Position numbers and translations under genes: made by a program. The notes below the pieces were generated by a model. The model had not been told where the DNA came from and searched no databases. It was given only the letters and a program-made list of their open reading frames with translations. A stretch of 64,000 nt of DNA from an uncultured Planctomycetaceae bacterium (lineage in GTDB: Bacteria > Planctomycetota > Planctomycetia > Isosphaerales > Isosphaeraceae), in contig CAWIAD010000002.1 of NCBI GenBank assembly GCA_963833985.1, forward strand, positions 2,176,001 through 2,240,000, written 5' to 3'. Shown here piece after piece: positions 54,814 to 64,000 of the stretch. Each line of letters opens with the position of its first letter. Within the stretch, counting starts at the first letter, position 1.

Positions 54814-57800
54814 ATGGCGAATCGCTTCGATGCGTTCCTATCGCATGCCTCTTCCGATAAGCCCCTCATCGAGGAACTGGCCAGGCGCTGGAGCGCGAGA
54901 ATCTGAAACCATGGCTTGACAAGTGGAATCTGATTCCCGGCATGCCCTGGATGCCCGAGCTCGAGGCTGCCCTGAATTCCTGCGCCTCCGGCGTTGTGTT
55001 CATCGGGGCCGGGGGCTTCGGCCCCTGGCAGAACGAGGAGATGCGGACGGCCATCACCCGCCGCGTCGACGAGAGCCGGGCCGGGGCTCCCGGCGATGGC
55101 CGGCCGTTCCGCGTGATTCCGGTGCTCCTGCCTGGGGCCGGCCGGCCGGAGCGTAGCCAGCTGCCTGCATTCCTGGTCGCGACGACCTGGGTGGAGTTCC
55201 GCGACTCGCTCGACGACCCCGAGGCATTCCACCGGCTGGTTTGCGGGATCCGAGGCATCGAGCCGGCCGCCGGCCCCGGCGGGGCTGTGTTCGAGGGCCG
55301 GTGCCCTTATCGCGGCCTCGAGTTATTCGATGTGGAACACGCACCGCTCTTCTTCGGCCGAGAAGCGCTCACGGAGTGGTTGCTCGACAACCTCAAGCGC
55401 CAGCCGTCCGGCAGGGAGAGTCGGTTCCTGGCGATTGTTGGTGCCTCGGGAAGTGGCAAGTCGTCGGTGGTGCGCGCGGGATTGCTCGCTGCCCTCAAGA
55501 ACGGCAAGCTCGAAGGCAGTGAGGCGTGGCCGCGGGCGGTTTGCCGGCCAGGGGCGGAGCCGTTCTTCAACCTGGCGAAAGCACTCACCGGCTTGGCGCA
55601 GGAATCCGTGAGCGCCGTGGTCTTCGATCGGTTGCAGGGCCGCAAGGACGGTGAGCGGTCTCTGCACGTTGCCGCTGGCCTGGTCCTGGGCGAGCCTCCT
55701 CGCGGTGAGCGGCTGGTTTTGCTGGTAGATCAGTTCGAGGAGATCTTCACGCTTTGCAACGATGAAGCGGAACGCCGCGACTTCATCGCCAACCTCTTGC
55801 ATGCGGCGACGGTGGCCGGCGGTCGCGCCATCGTCGTCGTGACGATGCGGGCCGACTTCTACCATCGCTGTGCCGTTCACAACGATCTGGCCGCCGCTCT
55901 GTCGGATCATCAGGTACTGATCGGACCGATGACCGACGACGAGCTGCGGCGGGCCATCGAGCGGCCTGCGCGGCTGGCCGGCCTGGAACCGGAGGCGGGA
56001 CTCGTCGAACTGCTGCTGGATGACATCCGGGGCCGTGTCGGGGCCTTGCCGCTGCTGCAGTTCGCGCTTCAAGAGGTGTGGCGTCGTCGTGAAGATTATC
56101 GTCTGACCGTCCATACTTATCGTGAGATTGGTCAGCTCGAAGGAGCGCTTCAGCGCAAGGCAGACGCGGTTTACGGCAGGTTCACGCCTGAGCAGCAAGA
56201 ACTTTGCCGTCGTGTCTTCTTGAGGTTGGTTCATCCGGGCGAGGGGAGCGAGGACACGCGCCGGCGGGCCACGCTGCGCGAACTCTTGCCGAGCGACCCC
56301 GCGCAGGCCGCGGCGGTGCAGTCGATCATCGACCGGCTGGCCGATCCGGAATCGCGGCTCTTGACGACCGAGCGGCAAAAGACGGCCGCGGGCGAGGCAA
56401 CGGCCGAGGTCGCCCACGAAGCCTTGATTCGCGGCTGGCCGTTGCTGCGGAAGTGGATCGAGGCCGACCGCGACGGGTTGAAGCTCCAGCGGCGGCTGAC
56501 CGAGGCCGCGACGGGTTGGTTGTTGCACGATCGGGAGAGCAGCTTCCTGTACACCGGCATCCCGCTGGCACAGGCGCGAGAGTGGTTGAAGACGAACCCC
56601 GATGCGCTCAACACGGTGGAGACGCAGTTCCTCAATGCGAGCATGAGGCGGCGGCGCAGGGCCAAGGTCGCGCGACTCGGGGCCATCGCCGCGATCGTCG
56701 GCCTCGCTTTCCTGGGCTGGGAGGGGCTGCGCCTGCAACAACAGGCCCAGTTCGCCTCTTTATCGAAGCTGACCAACGACGACGTGCAAGAAGCCCGAAA
56801 ACTCTCACTCCAGTCCAAGTGGGGCGAGGCGATCACTGTGCTGGAGGGGGCCGAGAAACGGCTCGGGATTGGCGGCAGGTACGAGGAACTGCGTTCCCAG
56901 GTGGAACGTCCTCTGAGTACGTACAAGGCGAAGCAACAGGAGCATGACTCGGAGGTGCGCGACAAGACAATGATCGCGGCCCTCGAAGAGGCGCACACGT
57001 TGCTTGCTGAGAATACAAGATCAGGCGGTTTGCCGTCAGAACCCGATCTCAAGGTCTTGATTCCCGGCTATCGACAGGCACTTCGCGATGGAGGGATCGA
57101 CATTGACAACCTTCCTGACGAACGGGTCATCGAGTTGATCGGGGCCAAGCCGCCGCGGGCCCGTGAGATCGTGGCCGCGGCGCTCGACGATTGGGCCAGG
57201 GCCCTCGATGGAGCAGAGCAAGAGCGCTTTCGCCGGATTGCCCGAACCTCGGACCCCGATCCGTACCGCAGCGCCATCCGCGACGCTTGCCTGAGCCACA
57301 ATCTTGCCGCCCTGAAGAAGCTGGCAAACGATCCCGAGTTAACCAAGCAGCCCGCGTTCACGCTCAATCGGTTGTGTGAATCGCTGTTTGAAGAAGGCGG
57401 CGACAAGGAGTCGATACCGTTACTGCGCCGGGCCCAGGTCCTTCACCCCCGCGACTTCTGGATCACGGCAAGCCTCGCCGCGCGCCTATGCTGGGTCTCT
57501 CCCCCCCAGCCAAACGACGCCATTCGCTTTGCAACGGCCGCCGTCGCGCTCCGACCTGAGATTCCCAGCGTTCATCGCCGCCTGGCGGTCGCTCTCATCA
57601 GGTGTGGCCGCATCAACGACGCGCGCATTGCGCTCCAGGAAGCCTTTCGGCTGAATCCCAAAGACCCCTTTGCCTACAGCACGCAGGGTTGGATCTGGGC
57701 GGCGGAAAAGAATTTCGAGAAGGCCCTCGCCAACTATGACAAGGCCATAGCCCTCAACCCGAGCTACGGACTCTACAAGAGCCGCGGCGATACGTGGATT

Positions 57801-59036
57801 GACGCGGGTGATTACGGTAGGGGGCTCGCGGACTTCGACACAGCGCTCCGCATCAATCCCCAGGATGGAGGTTCGCATATGGGGCGCGGTCGGGCTCTAG
57901 GGTTCGCAAAACGATTTCCTGAGGCAATCAAGGCGTATGACGAGGCGATCAAGCTCAGCCCCCGAGACCCGTTTGCCTACCACAACCGCGGTCTGGCGCA
58001 CCTGAACCTGGGGGAAGAGCACAACGATAGGGCCGTTGCCGATTTCACCAAGGCACTGGAACTGTTTCCGCAATTTGGCGATCCCTACGCGCATCGTGCG
58101 GAAATATGGCTACGACACCGAGACGAAAAGAGCGCGCTAGACGACTTCGACCGTGCCATCAAGTATGGGGTCAGCTACGAGTTTGCTTACAACCGACGCG
58201 GGTCGATTCGGCACCGGAACGGCTACCTCCAGGGTGCGATCGCGGATTACACCAAGGCAATCGAGATCAACCCACGATCTGCATCCGCGTACCATGATCG
58301 TGGTCGGGCCTGGACGGAAATCGGCGATTTTGACAAGGCCATGAAAGACTACGACAAGGCCATCGAACTGAGTGGAACGTTCGCCACTGCATGGGGCAAT
58401 CGAGGTCGAGTGAAGAGATTGAAGGGAGATTACGCCGGCGCTCTCGCTGACTTCAACGAGGCGATCCGGCTCAATCCTCGCTACGCCTGGGCTTTCGCGG
58501 GTCGCGCGGCGGTATGGATCAAGAAAAAGGAATTTGACAAGGCCATCAACGATTACGACCAGGCAATCCGGCTCGACCCGAGTCGAGAGCTCGCCTGGGC
58601 TCACAGCGAACGAGGGTACGCGCGAAATTCCCTGCGTCAGTACGACAAGGCGTTCGCCGATTATGACGAAGCGATTCGACTCAACGATAAACTGGCCGAT
58701 CCCTACAACCGACGCGCCTGGATCCGGGCCACTTGCCCGGACTCGAAATGCCGTGATGGCAAGAAGGCCGTCGAGTCAGCCACCCGCGCCTGTGAGCTGA
58801 CGGCGTGGAAGAACGCCGAGTTCCTCACCACGCTCGCCGCGGCCTGCGCAGAGGCCGGAGACTTCGCCGGCGCGATGAAGTGGGAAGAGAAGGCCATCGG
58901 GCTGCCCGCGAAAGGCGAGCCCCGGCGCACGACCTTCGATTCCCGCATGGCGCTCTTCGAGGCCAAGAAACCATATCGCGAAGAGCCGGACGTCGGTAAT
59001 TCCCGAGGAAACGCAATCCAGGCTGCGCGGCCGTGA
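54814..59036 (+). CDS. TIR domain - STAND (nSTAND1-like) NTPase - TM helix - TPR repeat protein, apparent 1-bp deletion at ~54887
   Basis: TIR region FDAFLSHASSDK...WLDKWNLIPG...GPWQNEE. NTPase region CPYRGL..F...FFGRE, Walker A GASGSGKS, Walker B LLVDQFEE, GALPLL and HEALIRGW. Then a hydrophobic helix after RRRRR and roughly a dozen TPRs. Confidence 0.85.
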
Positions 59037-59146
59037 TTGCCCACGACGACGGGTCGTCCGGAATCCCCTCGACGCGATGTCAACCCAAAATCAAGAAGTG
59101 CGTCTTTCTGGGCCCGAAGCGCACACCTGAACCGGCGCTCACTACC

Positions 59147-59182
59147 GAGCGTCGGTTTTTGTCCGTTTACTATCCCTAGCCC
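59147..59182 (-). repeat. Right terminal inverted repeat
   Basis: The reverse complement reads GGGCTAGGGATAGTAAACGGACAAAAACCGACGCTC. Confidence 0.75.
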
Positions 59183-59223
59183 TGATCGGCCGGCTGTGCC
59201 GAGGCGCATTGCCTCGTGATCGA

Positions 59224-60537
59224 TCATCCGCGAATCGTCCTCACCCACCGGGCAATGTCCTCGATGACACGCGGGTCGACGGGGGCGGGTTTGAGGTACT
59301 CAGCGGGAACGGCTTTCCCTTTGCCGGTCTGGAAGAAGTGATTCAGGTCGGGGTAGAGGTGAAAGGCCGTGTTGGGACGGCCGCGCAGGGCGGAGCAGAA
59401 GCCTTCATAATCGGCCTGGGTGGACTGATAGTCGCGCCCGCCCTGAAGCACCAGCACGGGCAGGGCCGGCACGCTCTTGAAGGTGCGCACCGGGTCGATC
59501 GCCAGCCAGGATTTCCAGTACGCCACGGGCGCTCCCATGATGATCTCGTCGTCGCGCGCCGTGCCGGCCTTCAGCCCTGAAAACATGCTCTCCAGTTGCT
59601 TCCGCAGTGCGCCGATCGCTTCGGCCTGGTCGTGGTCGGTGCTGGCGACGTGATCGAGCTGCTCGAAGAGGCCTTCCTTGAGGGGACGACTGCCGGCCGC
59701 GAGCAGGATGATGCCGGCGACCTTGCCGTCACGCTGAGCGATCAAAGGCGCCAGGCTGCCGCCTCCACTGTGGCCGAGGACGAAAACCCGGTCGGGGTTG
59801 ATTCCTGAAAGCCCTCGCGCCCGCGCGAGCGTCGCCAGGACATCGTCGATGACCTCCTGCTGGATGGTGATCGTCTTGTCGAGCCCGGCCTTGAAGAGCC
59901 TGTCCTTGTGGGCGAAGGTGCGCTTGTCGTAGCGCAGCACCGCGATCCCCCGGCTGGCCAGGCCGTGCGCCAGGTCGCGAAAGGGCTTGTTCGGGCCGAG
60001 GGTCTCGTCGCGGTCATTGGGGCCCGAGCCGTGCACCAGGATCACCAGCGGAGCCGGCGACACGGCCTTCGGGCGCGTCAGCGTCCCGGGCAAGGGCCAG
60101 TCGGGGGCGCCGACGGTGATCGGCTCTTCGGTGAACTTGCTGCGGTCGACGTAGGCGGGATCCGGCGTGGCGACCGTCTTTTCCGCGGGCACCAGGAAGA
60201 AGCCCTCGATCTGGCCCTGCGAGTTGAAGCTCACCAGTGCGTCGAGCGGCATGGTCTTGAACGCGCAGCGAATCTTCACGCGGGTCGAGTTGCCGACCCT
60301 GTCCGTGCGGGGCGGTCCCATCGCCTCGATCGGACCGAGCTGCTGTCCGAGCTTCTTCCAGAGGTCCTCGAGCTTCTCCGGCCCCAGCGCCTCCTTCATC
60401 CTGGTGTCGAAGTTCACGGTGGCCTCCGCGAACTTGCCGGCCTGGCACAGATTCAGGAATTGACGCGCTTGCTCTTGATGATCCGGGGGAGCGAGCAACG
60501 AAAAGAACAGCGGCACGAGCCGGGCGACGTGAATCAT
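59224..60537 (-). CDS. Secreted alpha/beta hydrolase with N-terminal DUF3887-like domain
   Basis: Motifs VHGSGPNDRDE, GIAVLRYDKR, nucleophile elbow GHSGG, QGGRD and LNHFF. Confidence 0.85.
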   Translation of the reverse strand: MIHVARLVPLFFSLLAPPDHQEQARQFLNLCQAGKFAEATVNFDTRMKEALGPEKLEDLWKKLGQQLGPIEAMGPPRTDRVGNSTRVKIRCAFKTMPLDALVSFNSQGQIEGFFLVPAEKTVATPDPAYVDRSKFTEEPITVGAPDWPLPGTLTRPKAVSPAPLVILVHGSGPNDRDETLGPNKPFRDLAHGLASRGIAVLRYDKRTFAHKDRLFKAGLDKTITIQQEVIDDVLATLARARGLSGINPDRVFVLGHSGGGSLAPLIAQRDGKVAGIILLAAGSRPLKEGLFEQLDHVASTDHDQAEAIGALRKQLESMFSGLKAGTARDDEIIMGAPVAYWKSWLAIDPVRTFKSVPALPVLVLQGGRDYQSTQADYEGFCSALRGRPNTAFHLYPDLNHFFQTGKGKAVPAEYLKPAPVDPRVIEDIARWVRTIRG

Positions 60538-60685
60538 CGTCGATCTCCTTCGAGCGTCGGTCTCCAGGCCATCTGAGAAAACGCGGCAAGGGAACAGACT
60601 GGCCCGCGGCAACCGCGCCGCCTAGGATCATAAGGGTTCCAGGTGACCAGGTCGATGCCCCGCGGCCGATGGAAAGTACCTGCGC

Positions 60686-61342
60686 ATGCCGAATGAAGCG
60701 ATGCGACGGTTCTCGATTGCCCGCGCGATGCTGTTCATCGCACTGGTGGGTGGAAACTGTGCTCTGCTGCGCGAGTTTCCCTGGTGGAGCCTCGGCAATC
60801 CGACGATCTTGTGCTTGCTGGGGGTCGTGGACTTCGTGATTGTCTGGAAGGTCACTCTGAGCCGACCGTTCCAGGCTGCACAGTACACTTTTCTGACGGT
60901 GTTTGTGGTCGCGTATCTGGTCCTGGTCAACCTGGCAACCCGGGAGCTCATCCATCCCACGGGACCGCTCATCCCGTGGTATCAGCGGACAGGCGGGATG
61001 TGGGGGACGAACCTTTCGCTCCGATTCGCGTGGCTGGCCGACATCTGGGCGACGGTGCTCATCGCTTTTCTGCTGGCAGGGACCGTGGCGTGGCTCGCCG
61101 CCTGGCTGGAGCGGAAAAGAGGGTGGGACATCGCGGCCTTTTTCCGAGGCGCGTTGGTCGGCTTTGGGACTGCGAACGTCGTCGCATTGCTCAGCTTCCC
61201 CTTCCTGGGAGAAGCCGCACCCGGCAGTCTCGCTCGGTACCTCAACCTGGGATCACTGACCGTTTGCGTGGTTGCCGGGGGTTTCCTGGGATTGCGGTGG
61301 CTGAAGTCGAAGCCGGCTCGATCACCTGGGTCCGGAGACTGA
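60686..61342 (+). CDS. Hypothetical multi-pass membrane protein
   Basis: RFSIARAM N-terminus and 5-6 hydrophobic segments. Confidence 0.6.
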   Translation: MPNEAMRRFSIARAMLFIALVGGNCALLREFPWWSLGNPTILCLLGVVDFVIVWKVTLSRPFQAAQYTFLTVFVVAYLVLVNLATRELIHPTGPLIPWYQRTGGMWGTNLSLRFAWLADIWATVLIAFLLAGTVAWLAAWLERKRGWDIAAFFRGALVGFGTANVVALLSFPFLGEAAPGSLARYLNLGSLTVCVVAGGFLGLRWLKSKPARSPGSGD

Positions 61343-63001
61343 GAGCTTCTCAACGGTCGCCGGTGCGCTCAGGGCAGAAAGATCAAGCGTTTTGACAGTC
61401 TTCGTTGTGATGTCGACGACGCGGATCTTGTGGTTGTTGGTGTCGGCCACGTAGAGGCGCTCACCGGCCACGCTCAGGCCGCCCGGCTGATACAACCGCG
61501 CAGGGTCGTCGCTGCTGCCCGACTTGCCGTCGCCGACGAATGTCCGCACGGCGGAGGTGTCCAGGTCGCACACCTTGACCTTGTTGTTGTAGGTGTCGGC
61601 GATGAACAGCTTGCCAGGTGCGTACGCCAGGCCCAGGCAGTGCTGGAGCCGGACCTCCGCGCCCACGCCGTCGACGTCGCCGAACTTGAAGAGGCCCTGA
61701 CCCACGATCCGGCCGACCGTCGGCTGTTCGGTATGGATTCCCGAGATCACGCGCACGCCGGAGGCCTCGGAATCGGCCACGAACAGGTGCTTGCCATCCG
61801 TCGCCAGGCCGCTGGGCTGGGCGAACTTGGAGAATTCCAGGTTACCGTCCTCGATGTCCTCGTAGCCCGATCCCGCCCACGTCGCGATCTTGCCCGTCTT
61901 CAGGTTGAGCTTCCAGATCTGGTGCGGACCGGCCATGGCGATGTGGAGCGCGTGGTCGCCGGGAAGCTGGATGATGTCCCAGGGACTACTCAATCCGCTG
62001 GTCGCGGCATTGCCGACGTAACGTTCGAGCGGGCTGCGCGGAGACTGCGCCCCGTTCCCGGAGATCGTGCGCATGCGCCTGTTCTTCATGTCCACGGCCC
62101 GGATCGCGTGGTTCTCCGTGTCGGCCACGTAGAGCGTTTCGCCCACCAGGCAGAGGCCCTGCTGCCGGTTGAACTGGGCTTTCTGGAAGTCTCCGTCCAC
62201 CAGCCCTGCGCCGCCGGAGCCGATGACGGTGGGGGATTTTCCCTCCAGGTCCGTGACGACGACGCGGTTGTGTCCTGTGTCGGAGATGAACAGCCGCTTG
62301 CCGGCCGGGTCGGCCAGCACCTTGCCCGGGAAGAGCAACGGCTCCTGCACGATACGGTCGGCCTCGGCGGGGAACTCGATGGGCTTCAGGTTCATCTGCC
62401 CCTTGTACCTGGCCGCCACCTGGCCGATGACCCGATCAAGGTCCTGGAAAGGCACCTCGCCCCCGCGCGATCCGCCGTACCTGCCGTCCGGCGTGATGAG
62501 CACCAGCGTGGGCCAGCTCGTCACGCCGAAGCGCTCCCAGATCACCATGTTGGCGTCGTTGGCCACCGGGTGGCGGATACGGTACTCGGCCACCTTGCGG
62601 CGGATGTTCTCGGTGTTCCGCTCGGCGTCGAACTTGCCGGAGTGCACGCCGATGATTACCAGCTCGTTCTTGTACTTGGCCTCGAGCTTCGCCAGGGTGG
62701 GCAGCACGTGATGGCAGTTGATGCAGCAGTAGGTCCAGAAGTCGAGCAGCACGATCTTGCCCCTGAGCTGGGCCAGCGTGATCGGACCGGAATTGATCCA
62801 GCCGACCGCACCGTCCAGGCTGGGCTGCTCCACCTGGCGCAAAGACGCCAGGCGAAACAGGGGTGGAGGCGACGTCTGGAGAGGAAGGCTGCGTGGCGTG
62901 GGGGAGTCAATCAGGACGCGCGCAAGAATCACCACGGCGAAAAAGAGCAACACGGCACATGCCGTGAGCAATCGGGAACGGTTCAAGAAAGAGCGAATCA
63001 T
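61322..63001 (-). CDS. Thioredoxin-like plus NHL-repeat protein (NHLRC2-like)
   Basis: LDFWTYCCINC, then NHL repeats ISDTGHNR, VADTENHAIR and IADTYNNK, with an N-terminal TM. Confidence 0.88.
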   Translation of the reverse strand: MIRSFLNRSRLLTACAVLLFFAVVILARVLIDSPTPRSLPLQTSPPPLFRLASLRQVEQPSLDGAVGWINSGPITLAQLRGKIVLLDFWTYCCINCHHVLPTLAKLEAKYKNELVIIGVHSGKFDAERNTENIRRKVAEYRIRHPVANDANMVIWERFGVTSWPTLVLITPDGRYGGSRGGEVPFQDLDRVIGQVAARYKGQMNLKPIEFPAEADRIVQEPLLFPGKVLADPAGKRLFISDTGHNRVVVTDLEGKSPTVIGSGGAGLVDGDFQKAQFNRQQGLCLVGETLYVADTENHAIRAVDMKNRRMRTISGNGAQSPRSPLERYVGNAATSGLSSPWDIIQLPGDHALHIAMAGPHQIWKLNLKTGKIATWAGSGYEDIEDGNLEFSKFAQPSGLATDGKHLFVADSEASGVRVISGIHTEQPTVGRIVGQGLFKFGDVDGVGAEVRLQHCLGLAYAPGKLFIADTYNNKVKVCDLDTSAVRTFVGDGKSGSSDDPARLYQPGGLSVAGERLYVADTNNHKIRVVDITTKTVKTLDLSALSAPATVEKLSVSGPR

Positions 63002-63303
63002 GCCAGGGACCTCACGGGTTGCCTGTGGTCTTGAATGCAACGCAAGCTCGTCCTGCTCCAGCATTCTAGTCGAGGCGGCAAAAAAGAGCAGGGGGGTGAC
63101 GGAGGAGCCGGCAGACGGGTCCAGGGGACGCGGGCCGTCCAACAGCCGCGCTGGCAGTCAATTCCCGAGCTTGTTAAGATATGAAGAGGATCGTTCAGGA
63201 CGAGGGACCGCGTCCACGGCCGGGCGCCAGGTGATTCGAGAGCCGCTCCTCCGCGTTTCTTCCGCGACACCCGAACCCGAGCAGCAGGACAACCGCCGTG
63301 GCC

Positions 63304-64000
63304 ATGGACAAGTCGCTGATTTGCTATGACGAGTCTTCCAAGCGGACTGACCCGTATGGCGAGCTGAAGATCTTCGCCGGCAGTGCAAGTGGCTCGCTGG
63401 GGCAGGCGATCTGCAATCACCTGGGAGTCGAGCTGGCTCAGTCCGAGACGCACGTCTTCAGCGAAGGCAACGTCTTCGTCCGCGTGCTTGAAAATGTCCG
63501 AGGGCGCGACGTCTTCGTGATCCAGGGGACCGACTACCCGGTCAACGACAACTTCATCGAGCTGCTGTTCTGGATCGACGCCTTCCGCCGCGCCAGCGCC
63601 ACGCAGGTGACGGCGGTGATTCCCTTTTTCTCGTACGCCAAGGGAGACAAGAAGGACGAGCCGCGGGTGTCGATCCGCGCCCGTGTGTGTGCCGACTGCA
63701 TCGAGGCCGCGGGGGCGGACCGGGTCCTCACCATGGACCTGCACAGCCCGCAGATCCAGGGCTTCTTCAAGATCCCTGTCGACCACCTCTACGCCATGCC
63801 CGTGCTCGTGGATTATTTCCGCGACAAGGAAATCCCCGACCTGGTGGTCGCCTCTCCGGACGTCGGCTTCGGCAAGCAGGCGTACAAGTTCGCCGAGATG
63901 ATCCACGCGCCGGGGCCGCCCCGCGTCGTCTTTGGCAACAAGGTCCGCCACCGGCATGATGAGCAGGCCGAGATGCTCGACATCGTCGGTGACGTGCGCG
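63304..64000 (+). CDS. prs: Ribose-phosphate pyrophosphokinase, partial
   Basis: Manual translation gives LKIFAGSAS, FSEGNVFVRVLENVRGRDV, VIPFFSYAKGDKK, TMDLHSPQIQGFF and VASPDVG. Confidence 0.92.
   Translation, partial: MDKSLICYDESSKRTDPYGELKIFAGSASGSLGQAICNHLGVELAQSETHVFSEGNVFVRVLENVRGRDVFVIQGTDYPVNDNFIELLFWIDAFRRASATQVTAVIPFFSYAKGDKKDEPRVSIRARVCADCIEAAGADRVLTMDLHSPQIQGFFKIPVDHLYAMPVLVDYFRDKEIPDLVVASPDVGFGKQAYKFAEMIHAPGPPRVVFGNKVRHRHDEQAEMLDIVGDVR

Larger units (their letters stand above)
53490..59182. mobile_element. Non-autonomous Tn3-family transposon with tyrosine-recombinase resolvase and NLR-like passenger
   Basis: Imperfect 36-37 bp terminal inverted repeats, TGATC direct repeats at 53485-53489 and 59183-59187, and tnpA remnants abutting the left end. 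Confidence 0.8.

Noticed and set aside
57600..58700. TPR-coding repeats as a DGR target or nucleotide repeat array
   Set aside because: The repeats are diverged protein-level TPR units, with no template/variable repeat pair and no reverse transcriptase in the window.

Overview
GC-rich bacterial chromosome segment, most likely Planctomycetota. The DUF1559 prepilin-type protein, long C-terminally extended ECF sigma factor, Uma2 nuclease and kinase-type TPR modules suggest this; an Isosphaeraceae-like lineage is an inference only. The backbone carries a glycosyltransferase/CDP-alcohol phosphotransferase operon, pyrR-pyrB-pyrC, pgm-pgi-gnd, sucC-(aspartic protease)-sucD, leuS, glgP, an extended Hsp70 and prs. 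About a dozen genes, including pyrB and pyrC, carry 1-2 bp frameshifts, several in homopolymer or GC-repeat runs, which most likely reflect assembly errors. Main accessory observations: (1) a 5.7 kb Tn3-family element (53490-59182) with degenerate terminal inverted repeats, flanking TGATC direct repeats, an internally deleted tnpA, an intact tyrosine recombinase with a candidate resolution site, and a TIR-STAND NTPase-TM-TPR (NLR-like) passenger gene; (2) a 100 bp palindromic MITE in two near-identical copies, both inserted at CTAG with TA duplication, one adding 34 in-frame codons to a VapC toxin; (3) several decayed toxin-antitoxin modules in which toxins are broken and antitoxins are intact. 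All family assignments come from motif recognition by eye, with no database search.
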